A stretch of DNA of 64,000 bases from Lama glama (GCA_028534125.1 CM052816.1:72418001-72482000), one strand, 5' to 3'; shown: positions 24,881-38,704, counted from the stretch's first letter. Notes: generated by a model from the sequence alone, not told the origin. Program-made: numbers and translations.

Positions 24881-25772
24881 GATGTAATTTATATAAAACA
24901 GTCAGCAAGGGAAACTATCATTAATTTTAACCATTAAAGTTAAGTGCTAACTGATATATATGAATTCTTGCATTCTGTGTGTGTTAAAAAATATATATCA
25001 GGTAAATTTCAGTTTGACCTTGAGATTATAAAGTTACATGGTATTTTTTCATAAATGTTGGTCAGTATCATTCTTAAATTATATTTTAGATGTTTAATCA
25101 GCTTATCAGTATTTGAGGACATTAAGAAACATAGACTGACTGACTTGTCTGAGGTTTTTGTAATTCTAGAATGTATTTTTTGTTAAAAATAAACAACTAA
25201 GAACTTGTCTTTTCATCTATGAAAATTTATATTCACCTATATACATGGAAATGATACAAAAATAGATTTCCAAGTTTTGAAGACTGTGGTTAAAAATATG
25301 AATCAGAAAGAATGACTAGTTTTTCTTTTCTGTAAGTTGTTAAAATTCATTTTTGTGTTTAAAATAAAGAAGGCTAAAGATCTTGCTGCCTATCGTAAAT
25401 TAAAATTAACTTCATTGAGTTTTTAAAATTTAATGATGTAATGCACTATAGTGGGATGAGTTGTTCATCCTAAGTGAATTTTCTAGATGACTAGAGCTCG
25501 TGCTTACTCTGTTAAGCATCCATACATGCACACATGCAAACTCACACATACAAAATTGATTTCTTCACTTTCTTAAACAGAATATACTTAGCAGAATTGA
25601 ATTCAGTAAGTACTAGTCTGAGTTAAACAAGGACACCACTGCATGTGTTGAGAGACTGGCAAAAATCCCAAAAGCAAGCAATGGAAGTAACTAACACAAT
25701 ATTGTAAGTCAACTATACTTCAATAAAAGCAGAATGCAAATGGAAGTAGTGAGAGAGAACCGAGCATATTGT

Positions 25773-26887
25773 TAGAAGTTCTTAACCTTTTTTGGATATA
25801 GATCCCTTCTCCACTCTTAAAAGTTATTAAGGAGGCCAAAGTACTTTTATCTATTTAGGTTATATCAATTAATATTTAGTGTACTAGAAATTGAAATTGA
25901 GACATTAAAATTTTATTTATTAATTCATTTAAACATAATAAATGTATAACACATCAACATACATCCATTTTTTATGAAAATAACTGTGTTTTCCAAAACA
26001 AACAAAAAATAGTGAGAAGAGTTACACTGATTTTACTTTTATACAATCAAAAAAATTATCTGGCTTAAGAAGGCAGCAGATTCTCATATCTACTTCTATA
26101 TTCAATCTGTTACACTCGGTTGTTTTGGCTGACATGATAATGAATATTCAGACACACACAGGAAAGTGGTTGGAAAAGGGTATGACAGCATTTCCAGAAC
26201 ATTTGAGATATTTTATTTGTATACTATTACCAACTCAATAAGTAGTAGTTTCTTACAGGATAGTTGAGATGTGGACTCTGAAGTCTTTATCAGTGAACTT
26301 TTCTTACTTCATTACATTAAAATGATTTTATCTATGTCACAATTTAAAAGACTCTCTTACCCATACTAGATTTTGTTATATTATGCATTGGTCGTTTGGA
26401 AAGTGTTAGTTTACTGAGTTGTGCAGATCTTCCAAACGTTGATGTATTTTATTAAGCAATATCAAAAAATCAGATGTATTAACATCACCACTAATCTCCC
26501 TAGAAATTGAGATGCTGCCAAATTCATGGTGGCAGTTGAAAGTTTCCCCAAATTCTAACTTTTACTCCAAAGGTCAAGTTTTACAATCGGAAAAAATGTG
26601 TCAGTTGTTTTCTTTGTGAGGCTCACTTTGTTTATTTTGGGGAAAAAATACTATCAAGTATCCAAATGTAAATAACTGCAGTTTCTCTGTCATTATTTCT
26701 TTCAGAAAACGGTATTCTATGAAAAAAGAGGCTAGTTTAGCTCAAAATTTAAACAATTGCATATGTACAATTACTTGAGATATTCATCATACTTCATAAC
26801 GGAATAAACGTGATTTATGCATACTTCCTGTTTTGTCACATAGAGTAATAAAAAGATATTAAAAACTCATGTACTCAAAGGTTGATC
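25773..26887. mobile_element. Charlie1-family hAT DNA transposon (one end plus ~1.1 kb)
   Basis: Start ttcttaacctttttgga...cactcttaaaagttattaaggaggccaaag...ggttatatc...tagaaattgaaattgaga resembles the Charlie1 terminus. Internal ggcagcagattctcatatctacttctatattcaatctgtt. Confidence 0.85.
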
Positions 26888-28180
26888 TTTATTTATTTAT
26901 TTTTATTAACTGACAATTAACATAAAATTATATTAGTGTCAGGTGTACAATATATTGATTCCATATTTTTATCCATTATGACACAATCACCACAGTAAGA
27001 CCAGTTAACCATCTGTCACCATACAAAGTTATTACAATATTATTGACTATATCCCCTATGTTGTACGTTACATCCCTATGATTTATATGTTATATAAGTG
27101 GAAGTTTGTACCTCTTAATCCTCTTCACCTATTTTGTCCATCCTCCCACTCCCCTTCCTTCTGGCAACCACCAGTTTGTTCCCTGTATCTATGTCTGTTT
27201 CTGTTTTGTTTTGTTTGTTTGCTGTTTGTCTTTTAGGTTACACATATAAGTGAAGCCAAATAGTATTTGCTTTTCTCTGTCTGGCTTATTTCATTTAGCA
27301 TAATACACTCTGGGTCCATCTATGTTGCTATAAATGGCAAGATTTATTCTTTTTAATGTTTAGGGCTGGGTAATATTTCTATTGTGGATGTATACATCAC
27401 AGCTTCTTTATTTATTCATCTATTGGTGAGCACTCAGGGTGCTTCCATATCTTGGCTATTGTAAATATACTGCTATGAACATTGAGGTGCATGTATCTTT
27501 TTTAATTAGAATTCTCTCTGGGTATATGCCCAGGAGTAAGATTGCTGGATCATATGGTAACTCTGTTTTTAATTTTTTAAGTAATCTCCATACTGTTTTC
27601 CATAGTGGCTGCACCAAATTATATTTCCACCAACAGTGTAGGAGGGTTCCTTTTCTCTACATCCCCTCCAGTATTTGTTGTTTGTAGACTTTTTAATGGT
27701 GGCCATTTTGACTGATGTGAGGTGAAACTTCATTGTAGTTTGGAATTGCATTTCTTTGATAATTAGCAATATTAAGTAGATTTTCATGTGCCTACTGGTC
27801 ATCTGTATGTCTTCTTTGGAGGAATGTCTATTTAGAACTTCTGCCCATTTTTTGATTGGGTTGTTTGTTTCTTTGTTATTGAGTTGTATGAGCTGTTTGT
27901 ATATTCTGGAAATTAAGCCCTTGTTGGTTACATCATTTGCAAGTATTTTCTCCTAGTCTGTAGGTTGTCTTTTTGTTTTGTTTATAGTTTCCTTTGTTGT
28001 ACGAAAGCTTATAAGTTTGATTAGGTCCCATTTGTTTATTTTTGCTTTTATTTCTATTACCTTGGGAGACTGCCCTAAGAAAGCATTGCTACATTTATGT
28101 CAAAGGATGTTTTGCCTATATTCTCTTCTAGGAGATTTATGGTGTCCTGTCTTATGTTTAAGTCTTTAGGCCATTTTGAA
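26888..28180 (-). mobile_element. L1 3' ~1.3 kb (ORF2 end plus 3' UTR)
   Basis: T-rich tail at 26888-26905. ORF 27569-27802(-) [44 protein letters not shown] matches the L1 ORF2 C-terminus. Confidence 0.95.
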
Positions 28181-28344
28181 GCACCTATATAATTTTCCTA
28201 TATCAGATTTCTGCCCCCATTATTCTATATGGTAATTTATTGAATCAATTTACTGTCTTAGTAATCAGTTACTCCTGCATTGGGGTCATATCTGGTACTC
28301 AACAATCCTGGTGCTTAACATAGTATGACATAGAGAAAAGTAAA

Positions 28345-28445
28345 TATAGATTCCAAAGGACCTGAGGTTGGACTTTGGCTTACATACTTTACTGGTTTTG
28401 GGGCTCAAGAAAAGTGTTTAGCTTTTATCACCCTTTGTTTCCAAT
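28345..28445 (+). mobile_element. MIR fragment
   Basis: gacctgaggttggactttggct...tttactggttttgggg...tgtttagcttt. Confidence 0.4.
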
Positions 28446-30983
28446 TAATTTGACTTTACAATTATCTCTCTTTTAAAAAAATTATAAAGAAAATTCATCC
28501 ACCTAAACTGATAACTATTCAATGAACATAGAATTTGGATTTTTCTTCCCCTTTTCCAGTGGAAAGTTTCATCATTATTATGGCTATTTTGTTGAATAAC
28601 CCCTAACATCTAATTCAAGCATTAATTTGTATATGCATACCTTATAAAATAAGCAATGTAAAATACTTTGCTTTTGTTTAAAAATGCAAACTGTTTTGCA
28701 AAGAATTTATTGTTTACTTAATGCATAATAAAAATTACTATGCGTTAAATGAACCACTCTATAATCAGTAGTATCACATATTACCTAAATCAGTGATATT
28801 TTGAGGAGGATGCCTGTTTCAAATGAAAACTTGGCTTCACCTACTGTTCTAATCTATGTGCTGAGTACAGCATCAATCACCATCTGTTTTTTCCCCATCA
28901 TTCATTTAATTTGTCTCAACATTGTACGTGATTTTTTTGTGGGTGGAGATTGGGTGGGGTAGTCATATATTCCGCCCAAGTTTCCTCTTTTAAAAATAGC
29001 CAAATGTTAGTAACTAATTTTTGTTTCATCTTTAATATTTAATTTCAATATTTTTTGTATAAAGGTAAAAAGGAAAATGTAGAATAAAGAGATTAATTCA
29101 CTGTTCTAAAGTGATGCAGAATACTAAACAAAGTCTAAAATTTACTCATTTTATAATTAATATGTAAGATTGATTTTCTTTTAAATAACTTTTTTTTATG
29201 ATTAAAATCAATACAAATTCATTACTGAAAAACTGAAAAAAGAGAGTACAAGGCAAAAATAAGCATGATTCCGAAGTGAAAATAAAGTGACCCTCAAATA
29301 AAAAAAAGACCCCAAAGTAAAAATGAGGCTAATTTCTACAGGTAACACTTATTTAAAACTTCAATTAACACATATATACAGTTATACAAGTATTAAATGA
29401 AGGTTTAAATCTAGGTTAGTCTTTCCTCATTTTTTAATTTCTTTGGGTTTTGTCCTGCTACCTGTTTTGTTGTTTTTTATGTTTGGTTTGTTCATGTTGT
29501 CTTTCTTTGATCGTATCTACTCTACTATAAACATTACCTTGTTTATGTAAAATAAACATAAAAAGTCAACAGTTGTAATCATTTTACTAGTTGGCCAAGA
29601 AGATTTGAAATGAGTCTTTGACTAGAAAATTACCTACTTGTGAAGAACTGGACAGGATTTTTATCTTACAAAATTTAGGTATATTTGTATTTATAAAATT
29701 ACAGCCTTTTGAAATGGAAGTTTATGCTTTGATTATGAGGGTGAACTTTGAGTTGGTACATATACCCAAAGTTAGAGTAAGCCCTCCACATTTCATTGAT
29801 GGCCCAAATATAAGACAGTGGAAATACAATGTGCCCTGTGCTCATCAATTAGAGTTATGTGAAGGATATGGGGCCTTAGGCCCCATATGAAGGAGGAGGC
29901 TTTTATTATTAAATACCAATTTTTTTCAAAAGTGCATTTAGCTAAAGCACACCTCAAGAACAGTATTATTTCTGGAGACATCATGTACTTACTTGGTGAT
30001 TTCCTTCAAAAATTCCACTCTGTGCAAGAGTACATCATCCCTTCATTTTTTGTAATTGTTAGTCATCCACGAGGCTTCTCACAGTCGCTCACGCAATAAC
30101 ACTGGCCTGATGACTGTCATTTTTGTATAGTACTGTCAAAACATCTCATTGATTTTTCAAAATAACAAACTTTCACATTCATACTTCAGTGTGTTGAGTT
30201 GAAAAGGCTTTTCATAAGGACATGGTAAGGCTGAAAGTTAGCTAAGTAATTTAATGCTGAAATTGAAAGTATGGGGTCATATTATTGTGATTTATTTTTA
30301 CCACTTTACGCTTGCTAAACTATTAATTTCTGAATTAGTTAAGAAATAAACAGGAAACAAGTGAACAGAATTTAGAATTGATTAGATAAAGATATAAAGA
30401 TTTGTTGTGGTTCACTTCCATCTTTTCACTTCCCTCCTCCTTAGACTTCTTTCTAATAAACTATATATCTCACTTTTTGATGGAGATTGCTTCAGCTAGT
30501 TTTTATTCTAGAAAGGAAAAGTAGTAAAAAAAAAAAATCTAAAATGCTAAGATATTAACTTGTAGTAGCTGATAATATTTATATTATTTGCCTCTTTTAC
30601 CCTCAGCAGTATTTTATATTCTCAGGCTATTAATCCATGTAATTCTAAAAAGTTTTGTGGTGATTTATAATGAACTAAGAGCAAAGTGCTTTCCTCAGTG
30701 CAGTGAAAAATCAAGTTTTAAATGGAAAGGAACATATGACAGATAAGCACAGTCAAAATTCTCATGGAAAGGGAAAGCTCATTTACAGTCTAGAGATAGA
30801 GAAGGAAGAAAGAGATTCATATTTTGAAAATCTCATAATAAAACACCATTGTTTGTTTTCTTTGATTGCATAGTATAACATAGATACCTCCAAGGCATTT
30901 GGTCGTCTGAAGCCATCCTCTATGTTAACAAATAAGTTATATGGCTTTATCCTGTCTCATGTCCCACAAAATGTGATCCCATT

Positions 30984-31038
30984 GAGAGAGAGAAGAGGGA
31001 AGAGAGAGAGGGACAGAGACACAGACACACACACAGAG
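30984..31038. repeat. Imperfect (GA)n/(CA)n compound simple repeat
   Basis: gagagagagaagagggaagagagagagggacagagacacagacacacacacagag. Confidence 0.8.
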
Positions 31039-32155
31039 GAAAACTAATCTAAATACCATGTTACACAGAAGTTTCCTTGGAAATTTTGAAGATAGTTTTC
31101 CAAATGACATTAATATAATAAATAGATAAAATACTATCTGGATAATTATCTTAATTTATATATTTTAAGGAAAATAAGTACATGGTGGTGAAGGTAGAGG
31201 ACAGTGTAAAATAGACTAAAAATACTTCGATAGTTCTACGTTCATGCACCTAAGCTGGACTAGTATAAATTTGCAGCAGTAACAACAAAGACTATTCTCT
31301 ACATCTTTAAGGGAAAATGTATTTATTTTAGCTTTGTAATTTCAACTTCACTCTGCTTGAATGTCATCAATATTTATTTAAAAATCCAGAAGAGAAAAAT
31401 AGAATATTTCAAATATTTTCTGAGTGTTTTTTTTTTCTTCTTTGGACAGCTACAGCTTTTGAGAATAGATAGAATGAGAAAAAATTATATGTGCTGAAAA
31501 CTTCTATTATCCAAGCCTCATTTAAATAAAATTTCTTAGTAACTAAGTGTAGTTATCAAAATTGAAAATCAAAGATATAAACTTATAAATTAAGCAAACT
31601 TTTAGAAGTAATATTAGCTCCATATGGAGTTACAGGAAAAAGTAGACTTATCCTGATTTATTTTTCAAGTTTTGAAGTGATCATTGAAAAAACTATGTCA
31701 TTTTTTTCTTCTTGACCTCATATATGATTCACTTTTGGAAGGTTAGAAATTTCTGACCAAGTTTTTTCTCAATGAGAAGGGTAGAAAAAATTTCACACAC
31801 AGACACATAAAGATTTAAGAAAATGTAATATTTGACTTTAAATTCTGACTAATAATGATAATTTTTAAGAAATTAAGGAATTTATATTGAGAGATCTTCC
31901 CTCAAAGCAGAACTTAAAAGAAATTGCCTAGGAGGAATAAGTGTTGATTTCATATGACCTCTGAGAGATAGCCTTAGTAATCTTGACTTTATGTTTTTCT
32001 CTAAGATTCAGGCCACGTAATCATAGGTTTGAATAACACTTGCAATAGGATTTGTCTCCATGTTCTCATGCAATTTCCTTATATAGAATTTTCTTTCCTT
32101 CTCTTAGATTCTAAGCAAATAACAACATACTCCTAAGTCACCACAAGAATTTTCT

Positions 32156-32529
32156 TTTCTTTTTTTTCTAATAATTAGTAATATTATTATTTTTTCAAGG
32201 TATATGTTTTATTTAATTATTTTTTTTACATTTTTTATTGAGTTATAGTCATTTTACAATGTTCTGTCAAATTCCAGTGTAGAGCACAATTTTTCAGTTA
32301 TACATAAACATATACATATATATATAAACATAAACATATATTCATTGTCACATTGTTTTTTAAATTGTGAGCTACCACAAAGTCTTGTATATATTTCCCT
32401 GTGCTATACAGTATAATCTTGTTTAACTGTTCTACATTTTGAAATCCCAGTCTGTCCCTTCCCACCCCCTGCCCCCTTGGCAACCACTAGTTTGTATTCT
32501 ATATGTATGAGTCTGTTTCTGTTTTGTTT

Positions 32530-32569
<40 letters not shown>

Positions 32570-32800
32570 TTTTTTTAGATTCCACATATGAACAATCTCA
32601 TACGGTATTTTTCTTTCTCTTTCTGGCTACTTCACTTAGAATGACATTCTCCAGGAACATCCATGTTGCTGCATATGACATTATGTTGTCGGGTTTTATG
32701 GCTGAATAGTATTCCATTGTATAAATATACCACATCTTCTTTATCCAGTCATCTGTTGGTGGACATTTAGGCGGTTTCCATGTCTTGGCTATTGTAAATA
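32156..32800 (-). mobile_element. Young 5'-truncated L1 with perfect 16-bp TSD
   Basis: ACCACAAGAATTTTCT at 32140-32155 and 32801-32816. ORF 32598-32897(-) contains LFTIAKTWKPPKCPPTDDWIKKMWYIYTMEYYSAIK (ORF2 C-terminus). Internal (TTTA)n at ~32529-32568. Confidence 0.95.
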
Positions 32801-33173
32801 ACCACAAGAATTTTCTGATCCTTAAAATCTGTGGTACATTCCAGCCTGCTGTTTCTGTGGCTGCCAGTTTTCTCTTCTGCCTCACTTGTCTATCCATCTA
32901 ATGAGGGCTCTGCTTCAGGCCTGTTTTGGATACTGGCTTTGCTCAGGTAGGAGATCAATTATCTAATCTGCCTCCCAAATGACCACCATTTTTCATTCAA
33001 TTTATGTTTTCTGACCTCTAATGATTACAGCTCTTATAGTAGCTTTAAAGAAGACTTATTCTTTCATTTAGATTTATCTATCTCTCTAAAAAGGAACTTA
33101 AAAGTTCAGAGGACACCAAAAGATAACACGAAATAAATATCCTTGTTTCATTTTGAGGAAAAGTTGGGAGATG

Positions 33174-33215
33174 ATGTGTATGTGTGTGTGTGCGCACGTG
33201 CGCATGTGTGCACAT
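33174..33215. repeat. Alternating purine-pyrimidine (TG/CG/CA) tract
   Basis: 42 nt of strict RY alternation, including the palindrome TGCGCACGTGCGCA at 33191-33204. Confidence 0.9.
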
Positions 33216-33284
33216 TCCTGTGTGCATAAGTTTACATACATACTGAATGGGACTTCTACAAGTTAAATATTATTTCATTCAGAG

Positions 33285-33422
33285 TTAACATGAAAAAAAA
33301 ATAGGTCACAGAGAAGTAAAGTAACTTGTTTAAACTCACAAAACCAGTGTCTTACAAAAGAAGATTCAAACCCATAACTCTTTCATCCAAAAGCCCATGT
33401 TTTTTCCATGCCACCATGCTGT
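33285..33422 (-). mobile_element. MIR fragment
   Basis: ggtcacagagaagtaaagtaacttgtttaaactcaca...gattcaaaccca...tccaaaagcccatg. Confidence 0.7.
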
Positions 33423-34578
33423 GTCTTGAACCAGTTATTTTTATCAACTTAACTGGCCAACCAATTTAAACAGCTGAACTTTATATCCCTATTCACATCG
33501 TTCCCATTCACTCCATTATTCTTGCCATTAATTCTAGAAAGAAGAATTGAGATCTGAAAATTAGCATCTGTTTTGTAAGTGGAATGGAAATATTCATGGC
33601 CAGTTTTCTTAACCATGGGGGGAAAAAGGCCCTTTTTATGTAACGCTCATGGCCTGATGAGTAATCACAGTACACCTGTCAACATTATGAAAACACTTTT
33701 TTGAAGGTTATGATTTTTTTTCAAAAGACTGTCATAAAAAGAATCAGTCTTTTTAAACTTCATGTGGTGATGCCTCATTGCCATGACTCAGCAGGTGTTC
33801 TTATGACTCCCTGGGCAGAAGACAGTTTTGAAATGATTCCATCAGATCTTCAAATTCAGTAATCTTCTAAAGAAATTATTTTAAAGGGTTTTATTTATGT
33901 TATTAAATAGATTTGAGAGGTCAGCTTTGGCCTAAAATAAAATCATACAGTAGATGATATTTGCCTTTGTTTTGCCAATTTTATTATATTTTTCCATGAC
34001 CTTTTTCCAGTTATCCTGTGTTTTCATACCTTTTCTGAGTTTCTCTGATAATAAGAAAGTGAGGGATGGATTAATTTGCATTAAGATGTGAATAACTAGC
34101 AAGATGACATCCTCAAAAATTTATTTTTTGAACACAACTAATGAATTATCTCTGGTAAAAATATCAGTCTTGGAGACTTTTATAACTGACAGGATGCCTT
34201 CCTAGCTCCCTCACCACAACCCTGTGTAAATGATTATTTTTCCTATGTGCAGTAGTGGAAATGTAGTAGAAAGATTTGCCTGATGACACAGAGCCCTTTT
34301 TCCCTCACTCACAATCACTGCTGCGCTAAAGACTAGAAGTCAATGTTTTCATATTCATCTTGGGTCAAATTAAACACCATTATATCTTGTCAAAACTGAT
34401 ATAATCGTTTATTATAGAGTTGCTGTTTATGAAGTTTTACAGAAATGATGGCTGATTGTTTTGTATCTTTTCACAGGGTATAGGGTTATATAAATTGTTG
34501 AAGGACTCTAAATTACTCTAATTGCCTTACTAAAGTTTTCCTGGTTTATATTCTCCGTTCCTATGTGATGTGAGAACC

Positions 34579-35038
34579 GCATGTAAATCAATGAAGTTAG
34601 AACACTCCCTCACACCATACACAAAAGTAAACTCAAATGGCTTAAAGACTGAAACATAAGACAGGATACTATAGATCTCCTAGAAAAGAACATGGGCAAA
34701 ACATTCTCTGACATAAATTGTAGCAATGTTTTCTTAGGTCAGTTTCCGAAAGCAATAGAAATAAAAACAGAAATAAACAAATGGGGCCTACTTAAACTTA
34801 TAAGCTTTGGTGCAGTAAAGGAGACCATAAACAAAATGAAAAGACAACCTATGACTGGGATAAAATATTTGCAAATGATGCGACTGACAAGAGCTTAAGT
34901 TCCAGAATATATAAACAGCTCATATAACTCAATTAACAAAAAAACAGACAAACCAATCAAAAAATGGGCAGAAGACTTAAACAGATATTTCTCCGAAGAA
35001 GACATAGAGATGGCCAATAGGCACATGAAAAGATGCTC
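34579..35038 (+). mobile_element. L1 ORF2 internal fragment
   Basis: ORF 34692-34898 GKTFSDINCSNVFLGQFPKAIEIKTEINKWGLLKLISF is L1 ORF2-like. Also aaaaaatgggcagaagacttaaacagatatttctcc. Confidence 0.92.
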
Positions 35039-36489
35039 TTTATATCACTTACATATATTATTTTTTCCCAATATTTCAGATTTTCAGATCTTCCAGAAAG
35101 GTTATCACAATTAACACTGCTATTCCTATAATGCATATCATTGTCTTTCTCACCATATCTTATATTTTAAAAATTTGTACCGATCTGATAGGTAAAATTA
35201 TTATTAAATTATATTGCTTTAGTTATTATGAAAGTTGAACTTTTTACTCAAAGAGTTATTGTCTGATTAAGTTTAGTAATTATATTTGTTTTCTTTATTT
35301 TTATATTTTAAACTTGTGTTTTTCTTGAATTTGCAAGTAGAAATTTGCATAGGTTGCAAGGTAACATTAAGGCTATATACTTAAGTGTATGTATTTATGC
35401 TAGTTGTTGCAAATATTTTGTAGTCTGATTTTTGTCTTTTAATATTGTTTATGGTTTATTTTTGTATACTTGATTTATAAGAGAGGTAGGGATTTTATTA
35501 ATTTTTCTTTTGTTTTTTCTTCATTAACAAGAGCAATTTAAATAAATGACTTTATAAGCAAGTCCTTACCAAGGATTCATGTTTTTATACTTGGGACATG
35601 CTCCAAATCTCTGACATTAGGAGAGAGGTAAAAGGGACTCAAAGTGGAAAAAAGTTTCTTTCTAAGATTGAAAAAAACAAACACAGTGCAGATCACATTA
35701 GTATAAAAAGTTTAGTCACAACCAAGGGTATTATGTATAATATTTTCTGTCTCATAATGTTTGGGAAGACACTACTTTCTTCACTCAACAGGCAATGTCA
35801 ATTGTAGTAAAAATAGCCACAGACACCAAGGAAAGCATGGTCCTGATTTCCTGTTAGTCCCTGACTGAATAGTTTTCTTCTTGTCCTCAGACTTCTTTTC
35901 TGAGAACTTAGTCATCATTGCTTTAACTCCAAGTATTTTATCTTTTAAAAAGCTGAAGTCCTACAATTACTGACTTTCATACTATCTTTTCATTTTATCC
36001 ATGAGTCATTTCTGAAACCTTTTTAGAGCCCACTAGTCATTAAAAAATCTTTCATTTCCTTTAACATTAACTGTAGGCAGATCATTTCTAAGACTTATTA
36101 CTTAACCACTGTGACCTTCCTTGATAAACTCTACTTAAATTTAGTCATTCCACTTATTGAAACTTTTTTTTAAAGCAGTAAATATTGTCCAATTTGGCTG
36201 TTTTTATAGAAATACCTCAAAAATCTAAAAATAGCATTTATTGCCAACTTGTATAAATATCAAATAATTCTAAGTTTTATACTCTATTTGATCTTTACTC
36301 TTTCTGTCCCTTCTACTCTTGAGTCTCTTTCTTTTTCTAAATATCATGCCTGGGTCCCAATGATTAGGCTTAAGGAAGATGCATAGGTCAGGTATATTAT
36401 AATAAATTTTAAAAATAGTGGCAATGATAATGTTAAGGTGGTTCAAGGCCAGCATTAAAATCAGAAAAAAATTCTATTTCCCTTAGTAA

Positions 36490-38385
36490 ACATATGTGAA
36501 GTGAATTAATTCCTAGAAACCTCAAATTACTAAAACTGACTCAAAAAATAGAAAATTGGAATAGACCTATAACAAGTAACGCAATTAATATGGATATTAA
36601 AATTGTCACATAAAGAACAATACAGGCCAGATGCTTTTATTGATGAATACTATCAAATATTTAAAAATAAATAAAAGCAATACTTTGGAAACTCAGAAAT
36701 TAGAGGAGAGTGAGTATATAACTGCTTATCTATGAGACCAGTGTTACCCTGGTACCAAAGTTAGACAATCTAAATACATCTCAAGGAAAGAAGATACAAA
36801 CCAATATCCTTTATTAACATAGATGAAAAAAGTCTTCAAAAATATGATTAAACTGAATCCAGCAACATATAAAAATAATTATTTAACATGATCAAAAAGG
36901 ATTATTCTAGAAATTCAAGGTTGGTTTAACATCCAAAAATAAATTAATGGACTACACTATATCAATGAAATAAAAGAAAATATATGATTATCTTAATAGG
37001 TACAGAAAATTGACAAAAAACAATGTTTATTCTTGATAAAAATTCTCAGCAAAATGAACTGTAAATAGAATGAAAATTTCTTAGTCTGATAAAGGCATCT
37101 ATAGAAGTCTACAGCTAACATAAATAATGGTATAAGGCAATATCTTTCCCTAAGATCAAGAATAAGTAATGATGTTCATTATTATAAAAATTTCTAGTCA
37201 ATGCAGTCAGGGAAAAAAAGGAAATGTAAGGAACCTAGATTATAAAGGAAGAAATAAAATTGTCCTATGTACAGAATACTTGATTCTATAGATTGAAAAA
37301 TCCTAAAGTCACAATAAAATTACAACATAACTAACAAACAATTTCAGCAAGTTTACAAAATGAAATATTGATATAAAAATAAATTGTTTATGTAAATATA
37401 TATATTCAATGAACAATCCAGAAATGAAATTAAGGAAATAATTCCATTCAAAATGATTCAGAGTGAAAAAATAGATAGGAATAAATTTAACAAGAGAAGT
37501 GCAAAACTTTGTGTACTGCAAACTATAAAATACTGGTGAGAGAAATTAAAGAAAGTCTAAATAGATGGATAGAAATTCCAGGTTTATTGATTGGAAGACC
37601 GATATATTAACATGGTAATTCTCCTCAAATTGACCTACAAATTCAGCATTATGAAAATTAAAATCCCAAAAGCCCTTTCTTTTTTAGAAAAATGACTAGC
37701 TACCCCAAAATTATATGGAAATGCAAATGACCCAGAATAGTCATAGCAGTTTTGAAAAAGAACAAGAGTTGGGAGTCTAAACTTTCCTATTTCAAAACTG
37801 ATTATAAAGCTGCAGTAATTTAACTGCATGGTGCTATTGTATGGATAGACATAGATCAGTGGAACTAATTGAGAGTTCAGAAATAAACTCATATTTGTGG
37901 TCAATTGATTTTCACAAAAAATACAGTCAAGACAGTTCAATAGGAGAAAGAATAGTCTTTTCAACAAATGATGTTAGGATAAGAGAATACTGGCACACAA
38001 AAAGATGAATTTAGACTCTTACCTCACACCAAGCACAAAATTTAACTCAAAGTAAGCTATAATCCTCTCAGAGGCCAAATTATGAATCTTTGAGAATAAA
38101 GTATAGGAGAGAATCTTCATTACCTTAGGTTAGACAGCTTTTAGATATGACACCAAAAACACAATCTGTAAAATTTCAAAAATGATAAATTAGGCTTCAC
38201 ATTAATTTTTAAAATTATATTTTGAAAGGAGGGAATGTGGGTTGACTGAACTTTTTGGAATGATGGAAATATCCTATAGCTGTATGGTGATGATGACTTT
38301 AAGTTTACTAAAAATCACTGAGTTGTACACTTACAATGTGTAAATTTTATGATATGTAAATTATATCTCAATAAAATGTAAAAAT
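36490..38385 (+). mobile_element. Old L1 (L1MB/L1M-type): ORF2 RT region and 3' end, internally deleted
   Basis: gaaattcaaggttggtttaacat; ccaatatcctttattaacatagatgaaaaa; ctttcctatttcaaaact; tail gtaaattttatgatatgtaaattatatctcaataaaa. Confidence 0.9.
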
Positions 38386-38704
38386 ATGTCTACTGCATAT
38401 CTGTGTTGATGTATCTTTTGTGCATGTGACTATAACTTGAATAAGAGCTTTTTTTTTTTGGACTCTCATTAAGATTCTCAAATGCAGAGACCCTTTCCTT
38501 TGATTGAGCTCTAATTTCCTTTATACATTATCTACACACAATAAGCACCTAATAAATATCACAACTGGTGACTCACTCTCCACAGGAATTATGAAGCCTT
38601 GGTTTATTCTGTTTATTGGTTATTCTCTTTGGTATTCTATACTGAAATTCTTAATGAGCTATTTTATGTATAATAAAACATTTAATTCTCATATTAACAG
38701 TATA

